Of a stretch of 32,000 bases of DNA, positions 16,313 through 25,131 are shown in pieces. Where the stretch lies: assembly GCF_000253055.1 (NCBI RefSeq), contig NC_016070.1:1380001-1412000 (forward strand), in the 5' to 3' direction. The stretch is from Thermoproteus tenax Kra 1 (lineage in GTDB: Archaea > Thermoproteota > Thermoprotei > Thermoproteales > Thermoproteaceae). Both the position numbers and the translations under genes were made by a program. Every line of letters starts with the position of its first letter. Position 1 is the stretch's first letter. Below the pieces are notes generated by a model that ran no database searches, had not been told where the DNA came from, and saw only the letters and a list, made by a program, of their open reading frames with translations.

Positions 16313-17393
16313 GCGTTCTACAGGGCACCACCTGTACTCCGTGCAGTCTTGGGATGTAGTATATAGACTTCATGGAGTCTGTCGCAATAACCTTATACTT
16401 CCTCGTGTGAGGCGACACGACAAGGCACGATCCGGCAAAGACATATACATTATACTGCCTGAGCCTTTCGATTAGCTCCCTCATTAGGCCGTAGACGCCG
16501 GGAGATGTCGATATTAACAGTGGCTTCCTAGCGGGCCCCCTCTCTAAGATTATCGACGCTATCTTGGCCAACGTGTCTGCATCGAGATGTGGACAGCCAA
16601 GGTAGACCACGTCTGGCTCGGACGTATCTTTGATATACTTTCGTAGATCTTTTTCCTCGACGGTCAGTTTATCTCTGAAGTCGGCCAACGAGAAGTACCT
16701 CCTCCAGTTAGGGGTGACGGCTTCTATGACGGCCGAGATAATGGAGGAATAAGTAGAGAGAGAGGCCGCGAACTCCCTCCTTGACTCCTCGTCCGCTAGC
16801 GTTAGACCCGATATGTAGGGTATGCCTGATCCCAGAGCCTCGCCAACATAGGCTCCGAAGAGCCCCGCCATCAGCGCATCAGCTTGTAATCTTGTCGCCA
16901 CGTACGCAGTGGGGCGGCGTCCCTCAAGAGTGTACATCTCGGTCTTCGGCACGACCCCCGCCAGTGCGGCCAGTAGAGCCAATGGACCTGGGTTCTTGTC
17001 CGACCACGCGTCTCTGAACGTGTTTATATAGGTTATGGCGTTTGATTCGGCCCACGCGTGCACAGTGCCGCTTCTAACTAACATGAGCTCGTAGGGCGCA
17101 CAAGTCGAAAGCGGAGATATGCCCAACTTGATGAACGAGTCCAGAATACGTCTTTGCCCCCTCGCAAACTGTTCGTCTGTCTCCAATATTGAGGTCAAGT
17201 CGATGCCCATGGGGTTCGATGTAGTGAAAACTCTCACTCGGGCGCCGGACTCGGCCAAGCTCTCTATGAACTTGGCGCCGTACTCGCCTACAGTGAGATA
17301 GGATACCCCCGAGACATGCGCCGTCTCGATCTCAACGACCTCGCCTCCAGATACTGCATCGGCTATCTTTCTAACGGCCTCGATGGCGTTCAT
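16284..17393 (-). CDS. aconitase X catalytic domain (DUF521), phosphomevalonate dehydratase large subunit
   Basis: CAPYELMLVRSGTVHAWAESNAITYINTF; TSNPMGID; VYLGCPHLDADTLAKIA. Confidence 0.9.
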   Translation of the reverse strand: MNAIEAVRKIADAVSGGEVVEIETAHVSGVSYLTVGEYGAKFIESLAESGARVRVFTTSNPMGIDLTSILETDEQFARGQRRILDSFIKLGISPLSTCAPYELMLVRSGTVHAWAESNAITYINTFRDAWSDKNPGPLALLAALAGVVPKTEMYTLEGRRPTAYVATRLQADALMAGLFGAYVGEALGSGIPYISGLTLADEESRREFAASLSTYSSIISAVIEAVTPNWRRYFSLADFRDKLTVEEKDLRKYIKDTSEPDVVYLGCPHLDADTLAKIASIILERGPARKPLLISTSPGVYGLMRELIERLRQYNVYVFAGSCLVVSPHTRKYKVIATDSMKSIYYIPRLHGVQVVPCRTLECINYAYS

Positions 17394-18661
17394 GGTATCT
17401 TGGCCTTCTCAAATAACCTTGGATCTTTGTCCAACGGCCTTGTTGCATCCACAGCAACTTTGAACGTCAGCCCCTCCTCGTTCAGTGCCATGGGATCCAA
17501 CGTCGATCCTCTGGCGTACGGTACTACAACAAGGCCTCTGTCGGCTCTGAACCTAGTCGCTAGAGCCCACTCTACGTCGCGCGGGTCGTCTGGATCTATA
17601 TCTTCATCTACGACCACCACGTGCTTAAGGCTTGGGTGGGCCGCGAAAGCCGCTAATGCCGCGTTTTTGGCGTCGCCCTCCACGCTCTTCTTGATCGATA
17701 TAACTGCGTGCATCCAGCCGAATCCGCCGGGGGTTAGCCTAACTTTGATTACCTTGGGCACCACCGAAGATACATAGCGCCATATCTTCGCCTCGCGCTC
17801 AAAGCCCATCAGCAGTTGGTGCTCTCGGCCGGCGGGGAGAAGGTAGTGCACAATAGGGCTGTCCTTTAGTACGTATATCTTTTCTATCTTCACGACGGGC
17901 TGTTTTCTCACTTGGTCGTAGGTTCCCACCACGTCCACATAGGGCCCCTCGTCGGCTAGCTCGTCTGTAATATAGCCCTCCATGATCACCGAGGCCAAGT
18001 ACGGCGCAGTCACGCCGTTGTCGAGCTCGACGGCCTTAAGGCCTCCTAGAAGTTTGGAGGCCACGCCTAACTCAAACACGCCATACGGAGGCGAGGATGC
18101 AGCGGCTAACAGAATGAGGGGGTGTAGACCCCACGATACGGCCACAGGGGTGGGTCTCCCGAGCTCCCTCCATTTGTTGTAAATAGAGTAGAGGTGTCTC
18201 GGCACGATCCTGATGACGGCCTTGTTGCGCCCTATAGGCGTGAACCGGTGTATAGAGGCGTTCAAGGCGCCGTCGGGCGCTCTCGCCACAATAACCGCCG
18301 ATGTTATATAGGGCGCTGCCTCTTTCTCGTAGTATCTCACACAGGGCAGTGATCTGAGGTCCTCAAGCGCCTTGTATTCGTCACGCCAGCTGGAGACCAC
18401 GGCGATGTTCGTCGGGTTCTCCTCGGCGTCTAACAACTTTCTGTACGCCTCTTCGTCGGTAGTAACGCCGAGGGCTCTCATCAACTTACTTCTTGAGTCC
18501 AACAGATTGCCTGTTCCATGGAAGTCTCCGCCGACGCTTTCAAACAACGGGACTGCAACTGCCTCCGTCTCCTTCAAGATCTTCGCAATCTTGAATTCCT
18601 CATAGGGCGGCCTATACCTTTTAACGTCGTTGAGCCTGCTTATGTACTCCTGAAGCGACAC
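17390..18661 (-). CDS. UbiD-family decarboxylase, likely anhydromevalonate phosphate decarboxylase
   Basis: FHGTGNLLDSRSKLMRALG, RHLYSIYNKWRELGRPTPVAVSWGLHPL, HVVVVDEDIDPDDPRDVEWALATRF; operonic with aconitase X genes. Confidence 0.9.
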   Translation of the reverse strand: MSLQEYISRLNDVKRYRPPYEEFKIAKILKETEAVAVPLFESVGGDFHGTGNLLDSRSKLMRALGVTTDEEAYRKLLDAEENPTNIAVVSSWRDEYKALEDLRSLPCVRYYEKEAAPYITSAVIVARAPDGALNASIHRFTPIGRNKAVIRIVPRHLYSIYNKWRELGRPTPVAVSWGLHPLILLAAASSPPYGVFELGVASKLLGGLKAVELDNGVTAPYLASVIMEGYITDELADEGPYVDVVGTYDQVRKQPVVKIEKIYVLKDSPIVHYLLPAGREHQLLMGFEREAKIWRYVSSVVPKVIKVRLTPGGFGWMHAVISIKKSVEGDAKNAALAAFAAHPSLKHVVVVDEDIDPDDPRDVEWALATRFRADRGLVVVPYARGSTLDPMALNEEGLTFKVAVDATRPLDKDPRLFEKAKIP

Positions 18662-18797
18662 GGAAACTTCTGATCTCTAAGAGGTTAAAATAATGCCCAT
18701 GCCTTGCGCACCGGTCGGACTGCCGGCTAAATCACTCCTTAGGTCATGGCGCAGAGACCCACGTAGAAAGCTTAAAAATGGCCCCCCTCAGGGGGCC

Positions 18798-19049
18798 ATG
18801 TCTGAGGGAGGTGAGTGGGAGTTCCCTGAGGATTGGGAATATGCGGGCGGCGTGCCCGAGAGGACGCTTAAGGTGAAGGCCAAATGCCCCAAGTGTGGCC
18901 ACGTGTTTGAAGTTGAAATCGGAGAGAGTTGGTACAACATGGGCTTCAGCATCGCGTGTCCAAAATGTGGATACCAATTCCCGATCAATATGTACGGCGA
19001 GGTTGTCGGCGAGGTTAAGCCCCAGAAGCAACAAGCGAAGAAGAAATAA
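18798..19049 (+). CDS. small zinc-ribbon protein
   Basis: MSEGGEWEFPEDWEYAGG...KAKCPKCGHVFEVEIG...ACPKCGYQFPINMYGE, two CPKCG knuckles; leaderless TATA spacing. Confidence 0.8.
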   Translation: MSEGGEWEFPEDWEYAGGVPERTLKVKAKCPKCGHVFEVEIGESWYNMGFSIACPKCGYQFPINMYGEVVGEVKPQKQQAKKK

Positions 19050-19119
19050 TACAGGCATAGTTTTTGAATATAGCGATTCAATAAAACTAACCATTTAGTT
19101 ATCGACGGCCCGACTTGAT

Positions 19120-19503
19120 ATGGAGCCCATCAGGAAAATAGAGGAGGGCCTTAAAGAGCTCTACACTGCGAACGTGGGAAAGATCGAGAGAGAGCCTGAC
19201 GTAGATATATATGAGCAGGGAGAGAGCCTTCTAATATTAATAGACCTGCCAGGCTTTAGAAAAGACTCTATAAAGGTCAAACTGTTTGAACATGCAGTAG
19301 AGATAACCGCTCTTCCCAACTCGGACGTGCCGGGCCGTGCCATAACGAGGGAGAGGGCGGCTAACTTCCCGGTCCAGAGAAGAATCGAGCTGCCGTTTAG
19401 GCTTAGGGTCGATACCGCAAAGGCTATATACAAGGACGGCGTCCTTCAGATATCTGCCGTCAAGGCGGGCGAGTTGGGCACTGCCGAGCTGAAGATCGAC
19501 TAA
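19120..19503 (+). CDS. Hsp20/alpha-crystallin small heat shock protein
   Basis: [40 protein letters not shown]; [29 protein letters not shown]. Confidence 0.92.
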   Translation: MEPIRKIEEGLKELYTANVGKIEREPDVDIYEQGESLLILIDLPGFRKDSIKVKLFEHAVEITALPNSDVPGRAITRERAANFPVQRRIELPFRLRVDTAKAIYKDGVLQISAVKAGELGTAELKID

Positions 19504-20048
19504 AGTTTCGCCCACCTGAAGCCTATTAGAGCAACTTCGTTGCTTGGTTTTAACACTGTCGCAAAAGTGAACGTTTTTCTGACAGAGTGGGAGAGACGCC
19601 CGCCTCTTGCTATATCTGTGGCGCTTATCCCTCTGTCCGGCTCTAGAAACACGACGACCATCGGCGCATGGTCTATTCCGGGCCCCTTCTCATACACTGA
19701 AAACAGCGCTCCAAACTTAAGACCCGATTTTACAATGTACCCTAAATCTCTGAAATGTTTATATATAAGATAGATATCATCGAAGTTTTTTATATTCTCT
19801 CTTCCAATTTTTCTCAGTTCTTCTATTTCTATTTTTTTATCATCTTCGTATACCTCGAGTATGCCCCTCTCGGCCAGATATAATGCCTCATACAAGGCCA
19901 GAACAAGCGGAGACTCCAGTTTGTCGACCTCATCCAGCTTGACCTTATCTTTCAACAAGAATTTGCCGTAGAAGCCCCTCTTATATATAGCCCGCGCCTC
20001 TTGCGGGTCTTCAATTACTACCGCTAGGCCTCTGAGAACTCCCCTCAT
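19500..20048 (-). CDS. endA: tRNA-intron splicing endonuclease
   Basis: [42 protein letters not shown] catalytic Tyr/His region and [11 protein letters not shown]. Confidence 0.93.
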   Translation of the reverse strand: MRGVLRGLAVVIEDPQEARAIYKRGFYGKFLLKDKVKLDEVDKLESPLVLALYEALYLAERGILEVYEDDKKIEIEELRKIGRENIKNFDDIYLIYKHFRDLGYIVKSGLKFGALFSVYEKGPGIDHAPMVVVFLEPDRGISATDIARGGRLSHSVRKTFTFATVLKPSNEVALIGFRWAKL

Positions 20049-20371
20049 CTAATCTTCCTCAAAGTCACAACGGTGCCCTCGGCTATTCCCAAGGACTTGA
20101 GATCCTCGTGATTGACCCAGATCTCGTTGTGGGGCACTTTCTCGTCAACGACCACTCTGAACAATCTCTTCTTCTCGCCCTCCACAAGCTCCGCCTCGCT
20201 GGGAGACTCCATCTCTTCGGCAACAGTCTTGTTCACCTTGACGGCCCCCTTATCCACATTGTCTACTCCCTTAACTCTAAGCCTCCTCTCGCCTCTAGCC
20301 CCCCTCTTTTCCTCTTTTTCTGGTCTCAAGAACGGGGGCACAAGCACTCTCTTCCCCCGCTCGATCTCTCC
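20045..20371 (-). CDS. hypothetical protein in glyS-endA operon
   Basis: Start probably at internal ATG ([10 protein letters not shown]); stop overlaps the endA ATG; C-terminus [29 protein letters not shown] resembles an alpha/beta barrel segment. Confidence 0.65.
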   Translation of the reverse strand, partial: GEIERGKRVLVPPFLRPEKEEKRGARGERRLRVKGVDNVDKGAVKVNKTVAEEMESPSEAELVEGEKKRLFRVVVDEKVPHNEIWVNHEDLKSLGIAEGTVVTLRKIR

Positions 20372-20397
20372 CATGTATTTATCCACCCTCTAAATTT

Positions 20398-22170
20398 TTA
20401 TGTGTTTCTGAAAACGATGCCGCCAAGCTCAGCCGCAACGTCGCCAAAGGGCCTTCCTGATAGTATTTTTGTCACGAATAGGACGACCATCCCTATATCG
20501 ATCCTCACTTGGCTCTTAGTATCTCTATCTCTAGCCGTCACTGTGTTGTTCTGTGGTGTGACCTCGTCTATTGTTATGGCCACTGGAGTTCCTATCTCAT
20601 CGCACATGGCGTATCTGCTACCTATAGTGCCCTCGTCGTCGTAAATAGCGGTGAGCCCAGACCTCCAGAGCCCTCTGACGAGAGATCTGCCGATCTCCAC
20701 GTACTCCTTCCTTTTAACTATGGGAAGTACGCATGCGGCCACCGGCGCGATGTCGGGGGGCAGCCTTAGGTAGGTTCTTTCGCCCTCTATAGTCACGGCA
20801 TGTTCCAATGTCACATATAGTATTCTGTCGAGACCAAAAGAGGGCTCAACTACGTGCGGTATGAACTTCTCCACGTCGGTCCTCCTGACCTCACGTTTTA
20901 TGAAGACCATGTCGCGAGTTATCTCGAAATCGCCGAGTTCTACTCTGTCTGTCTCGGCCAACCGGGCTACGAGCTGTTGGTTGCTCTGGATCGCCCTTAT
21001 GACCTCGCCCATTTTATCTCCATATTTAGCTCTAATCGCCTGCGGGTTTGGATACACTCTGACCTCCACGATCTCCCTGGGCTCCTTCAACCTTCTCTCC
21101 AGAGCCATGTCATAACCGCTGAACTGTGCGTGTCTGGATAAGTCGTAGTCAGTCCTATATGCGTGGCCAGAGACCTCGACCCAACCGAACCTCTCCGTGA
21201 GCACCATCTGGTCGTACGACCTCGAGCTATAGTGTGCCCGCTCCTGGGGCAGTTTGCCCAAAAACTTCTGTCTCTCAAGGGGGACTCCCAGCTCTTTCAT
21301 GAACTTGGCGGCCAGGGCCATGAAGAAAGCCATCCACTCGTTCGCGTAGCCTCTGGCTACGACCTCGCGCGCAGTGATCATTAAGGGCTCGGTGTTCCCC
21401 TTAGCGACTAACTCCTCGGGCACTATAGGTATCTCTAGGCTCTCCACCTCGGAGAAATAGGGACATGAGGGGTTCTGGGGATCGAAGAACAGCTCTATCT
21501 CCATTTGGCTGAACTCTCTCAGTCTGATAAGGCCTTGTCTCGGCGATATCTCGTTCCTGCCCACTCGGCCTATCTGGGCTACGCCGAAGGGCGTCCTCCT
21601 CCCCACGTACTCCGCCAAGCGTGGGAACGCCACAAACATCCCTTGGGCGGTCTCAGGTCGTAGATAGCCCGCCTCGTTGGCGTAGGGCCCTATTGTCGTC
21701 TTGAACAATAGATTGAACCTCTCCGACTTGCCCAGAGGGCCGCCGCAGGCCGGACACTTTATTCCATACTTAGCTATTATTTCGTCCAATTGCTCCCCGG
21801 AGAGTCCCTCCAAGCTTAGCTTGATGCCCTTCTCCGCGAGAGCCTCCTCTATCAGATGATCGGCTCTGTACCTCCTCCCACACTTCTGGCACGACACAAC
21901 GTAGTCCGTGAAGTGCTCTAGGTGGCCCGACGCCTTGAACACTATCTCGGGCATTATGATCGGAGTCTCCACCTCGATGATAGTGTCCTGATACGGCAAC
22001 ACAAAGGTCCGCCTCCATTTCTCGACGATATTGCGCCTCATCTGCACAGCCAGCGGCCCATAGTCGTAAAATCCGCCGACTCCGCCGTATATCTCTGAGG
22101 ACGGCCAGTAGAGTAACCTCTTCTTAACTATACTCTCCAGTTTCTCGGCGCGCTGCATATGCTCCCTCAA
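20398..22170 (-). CDS. glyS: glycyl-tRNA synthetase (alpha2 type)
   Basis: SSEIYGGVGGFYDYGPLAVQMRRNI, RPETAQGMFVAFPRL, VEVSGHAYRTDYDLSRH, EPSFGLDRILY. Confidence 0.96.
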   Translation of the reverse strand: MREHMQRAEKLESIVKKRLLYWPSSEIYGGVGGFYDYGPLAVQMRRNIVEKWRRTFVLPYQDTIIEVETPIIMPEIVFKASGHLEHFTDYVVSCQKCGRRYRADHLIEEALAEKGIKLSLEGLSGEQLDEIIAKYGIKCPACGGPLGKSERFNLLFKTTIGPYANEAGYLRPETAQGMFVAFPRLAEYVGRRTPFGVAQIGRVGRNEISPRQGLIRLREFSQMEIELFFDPQNPSCPYFSEVESLEIPIVPEELVAKGNTEPLMITAREVVARGYANEWMAFFMALAAKFMKELGVPLERQKFLGKLPQERAHYSSRSYDQMVLTERFGWVEVSGHAYRTDYDLSRHAQFSGYDMALERRLKEPREIVEVRVYPNPQAIRAKYGDKMGEVIRAIQSNQQLVARLAETDRVELGDFEITRDMVFIKREVRRTDVEKFIPHVVEPSFGLDRILYVTLEHAVTIEGERTYLRLPPDIAPVAACVLPIVKRKEYVEIGRSLVRGLWRSGLTAIYDDEGTIGSRYAMCDEIGTPVAITIDEVTPQNNTVTARDRDTKSQVRIDIGMVVLFVTKILSGRPFGDVAAELGGIVFRNT

Positions 22171-22228
22171 ACACCGTTATTAATCAATTGGCCCACGTTT
22201 TTAAACTCCGTCGACAACTTCCGCGGCC

Positions 22229-23039
22229 ATGAGGCCATGTCATCCTCGCGATGTGAAATTATTGGGGGCGCCTATGGAGGATACCCTCAGCTTTAAGCCT
22301 GGCACTAAGTTCGCTCCACTGAAGTTGAGAGAGATCTTGCCCTACTTGGAGTACACACAGCATTCGGGAACGCCAACAGCCCTGCGATGTGGGGGACGTC
22401 GATCTTCTACAGGGAGCGCCCGCAGAGAATTTGGCGCGCATTGAGAGGGCTCTGAGGGCTCTGGATCCTCCGTGGATAATGGTTGGCGGCGAGCATACAG
22501 CCACATTGGCTGCGCTCAGAGCGCTGAGGCCCAAGACCTATATCCACATAGATGCCCATATGGACAGCAGAGATGCTTGGCCGCCGGGCCAGAAGCTCTC
22601 CCACGCTACATTCGTCCGGCGGGCGGCCGAGGAGCTGGGCATTTATACAATATATATAGCCGTGAGGGCCTACGACGATGAGGAGGCCGTTTTCGCGAAA
22701 AAGGCCGGCTTCCTAGTCGTAGATGGCAATAGAAAGGTCACTAGGGCCCAGCTGTTGGACGCTCTGGCCACGGCCACGAGGCCTGCTTATGTCTCTTTGG
22801 ACCTAGACGTCATGGATCCCTCCGATTTTCCCGCGGTGGGAACGCCGGAGGCGGGCGGGCTCACCTTCAGGGAGCTGGAGGGTATATATCTCGACGTATT
22901 GCTCGAGTCTAAGCCGGCCGCTGTCGACATAATGGAGTTCTCGCCCCCCAACGACGTGGCTGACATTGGAGCCGTGAAGCTGGCGAGACTGTTGCTGACG
23001 GCTACGAAGATACTGGCCGAATTGTCGCGCAGACGCTAG
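22229..23039 (+). CDS. agmatinase/arginase-family ureohydrolase with an apparent frameshift in a G5 run (22391-22395)
   Basis: Frame A: [46 protein letters not shown]; frame B: [21 protein letters not shown]...[14 protein letters not shown]...[11 protein letters not shown]...[22 protein letters not shown]. Removing one G fuses both. Confidence 0.85.
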
Positions 23040-23236
23040 ACGGCAGGCACCCTTTTGACCATAGGGGAACGGACCTTAAGTATTATCTTGTAGTTACAGT
23101 AGGGGCAACGGATGCCTGGCAAAATCTCCATCTCGCTTCTGGAGAAGGTCCTCCCGCACCTCATGCACATATAGATCTTCCTATCTCCCCCGCCGCCCGT
23201 CGTCTCCACCTCGCCGGCTGGCGTCTCCTCGGCCAT
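23036..23236 (-). CDS. rpoP: DNA-directed RNA polymerase subunit P (Rpo12)
   Basis: [45 protein letters not shown] zinc ribbon. Confidence 0.87.
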   Translation of the reverse strand: MAEETPAGEVETTGGGGDRKIYMCMRCGRTFSRSEMEILPGIRCPYCNYKIILKVRSPMVKRVPAV

Positions 23237-23264
23237 GGGCCGTAGGAGCCTCCGAATATATAAA

Positions 23265-23765
23265 TTATCCTTCCTCGAAGAGGAGGCGCACTCTCTCCGA
23301 GCCTCCCACCTCGTCTATGAAGCTTGCGACTACGTCGGGCACTAGCTTGCGCCACTCCCCGTTGCCCGTCGCCATCATCTGTCTGATGCGCCTGCCGGAA
23401 TACCTCTCCCTCTCAAACAGAGGATGTGTTCTGACCTCAATGCCCGCATACGACAACGCGACTTTGACATAGTTGTTATTGGAAAAGGCGATGGAGAATG
23501 GCGGACACCAATGCCTAATGTAGGCCCCCCACAGACTCGACAATCCGCCTGTGTCGGGCACAGTGCATATGGCCAGACGTCTCCCGAAGGTCCTATAGAA
23601 CATCTCAATCCTCTCGCCTGCAGTGAATGGGTTGTCCTTGGTCAGCCCCTTGTCCGCCGAGCCTATGACTATCAATACGTCGTCGTACTTCTCCGTCAGC
23701 CACTCTATAACCTTAGCATGTCCCAGATGGAGGGGCTGAAATCTGCCAATGAACGCCACTCTCAC
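23265..23765 (-). CDS. nadM: nicotinamide-nucleotide adenylyltransferase
   Basis: [22 protein letters not shown] nucleotidyltransferase motif, [31 protein letters not shown]. Confidence 0.93.
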   Translation of the reverse strand: MRVAFIGRFQPLHLGHAKVIEWLTEKYDDVLIVIGSADKGLTKDNPFTAGERIEMFYRTFGRRLAICTVPDTGGLSSLWGAYIRHWCPPFSIAFSNNNYVKVALSYAGIEVRTHPLFERERYSGRRIRQMMATGNGEWRKLVPDVVASFIDEVGGSERVRLLFEEG

Positions 23766-23795
23766 AACGTCAGGTCGCAGGCGCCTATTAAAAAT

Positions 23796-23844
23796 TCAGC
23801 CAGTATGCCTCTCTTCATAGCTACGACGCGAGCTACCTCATCAT
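23796..23844 (-). ncRNA. candidate C/D box sRNA downstream of tRNA-Pro
   Basis: Minus strand: ATGATGA (23838-23844) - 12 nt - weak D' - TATGAAG-like C' - ~13 nt - CTGA (23796-23799). Confidence 0.4.
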
Positions 23845-23854
23845 AACCAATGGA

Positions 23855-23947
23855 TGGGGCCGCCGGGATTTGAACTTCCCCCGGCGTCCGCCGTCCGGGG
23901 TCTCGCGGGCCCAAGCCGCGCATCCTACCAGGCTAGACCACGGCCCC
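23855..23947 (-). tRNA. tRNA-Pro(TGG) with T-arm intron (23876..23894)
   Basis: GGGGCCG..GTCT..GGAT G CGCGG CTTGGGC CCGCG AGACC CCGG[ACGGCGGACGCCGGGGGAA]G TTCAAAT CCCGG CGGCCCC A; T stem only pairs after intron removal. Confidence 0.88.
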
Positions 23948-24020
23948 CTTTGCTTTCTATGGCCAGATTTTAAAACAATAGCTGCCTAGAGGACGCCGCA
24001 ACGGACCTAGGGACGCCGCA

Positions 24021-24425
24021 CTACCTCGGGCTAGTGCGTTGGGCCAACATGGAGAGGACTATCCTCTCTGCTAAGAAATCTCTTATCGAGATAACCCCGT
24101 AGATTTCCTCTCCCCTCATCACGACTACATGCCTAATGTTTAATTGTCTCATTAGAGACCAGACTGCCTCGATATCGTCATTGAAGTTCACTGTGACAAC
24201 CTCTCGTTGCATTATAGACTCAACAGGAGTATCTGGGGAGACCCCCGATGCAACAGCCTTCACAATATCTCTCTCAGACACTACACCGACCAATCTGCCC
24301 GAGGACAGCACAGGCAGAAAGCCTATGCGCCGCTCCGCCATAAGTCTGGCTGCGTCCGCTATAGTGGCCTTGGAATCTATAACTATGGGGGGTCTCTTGG
24401 CGATAGAGCCCGCCTTCATATTCAA
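24021..24425 (-). CDS. tandem CBS domain protein
   Basis: IADAARLMAERRIGFLPVLSSGRLVGVVSERDIVKAV and IEAVWSLMRQLNIRHVVVMRGEEIYGVISIRDFL. Confidence 0.92.
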   Translation of the reverse strand: MNMKAGSIAKRPPIVIDSKATIADAARLMAERRIGFLPVLSSGRLVGVVSERDIVKAVASGVSPDTPVESIMQREVVTVNFNDDIEAVWSLMRQLNIRHVVVMRGEEIYGVISIRDFLAERIVLSMLAQRTSPR

Positions 24426-24659
24426 AAATGTGACTTAAACTTTTAAAATAGTATTTCGAATAAGTTAGCAAATTTATTATATATAAATATATGTTATTCT
24501 TTTTGTTTTACAATATATATTTCTAATAATTATCTAAAAATAAATTTTTATTTTAATTGTAGTTGCTGTGTAACTATGGCAAAATTTGCTTTCAATTGTC
24601 CATTGATTTCTCTTTCAACTATCTTGTTGTGTTAGTCTGCCCCAGCTAACACTGACTTC

Positions 24660-25076
24660 TCATCTCGCAGCCCTTTCCGCCATTTTCTCAGCCAGAGTTG
24701 TCCAGAAAATTTCCGCAAGTTCGTTTTTCTTCGGCGTATAACTCTTCGCTGCTTCAAGAACTAACGATGCCAGCTTTTTCTCCTCCTCGCTGGGCCGGAG
24801 CCCCAACATCTCTAGGACCCACGGGTTTTCTCTAAGGAATTCAGCCAACGCCTCAAGAGCGACCTTAACCGCGCTTTTCACGAGATCCTCTTGAGGGCAC
24901 TTCCTCTCTCCCTCTGTTTCGGCCCCTTTGCGCAAACGCTCTACTTCCTCCTCTGGAATAAGCCATTTTTCTCCCTCTCTTACCGCCTTTATTTTCCCTT
25001 TCCTTGCCCAATATCTAACTGCTGCTGGAGTCACATTTAGTATTTTTGCTACTTCTTCCGTAGTGTAAAATTTCAT
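24660..25076 (-). CDS. excisionase/MerR-type helix-turn-helix DNA-binding protein
   Basis: MKFYTTEEVAKILNVTPAAVRYWARKGKIKAVREGEKWLIPEEEVERLRKG; GGAGGT directly before ATG. Confidence 0.82.
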   Translation of the reverse strand: MKFYTTEEVAKILNVTPAAVRYWARKGKIKAVREGEKWLIPEEEVERLRKGAETEGERKCPQEDLVKSAVKVALEALAEFLRENPWVLEMLGLRPSEEEKKLASLVLEAAKSYTPKKNELAEIFWTTLAEKMAERAAR

Positions 25077-25131
25077 ACCTCCTTTTCTCATCGAGGAAAA
25101 AAGCTTTTCTCGTTTTATTTTTGCTTGAGCT

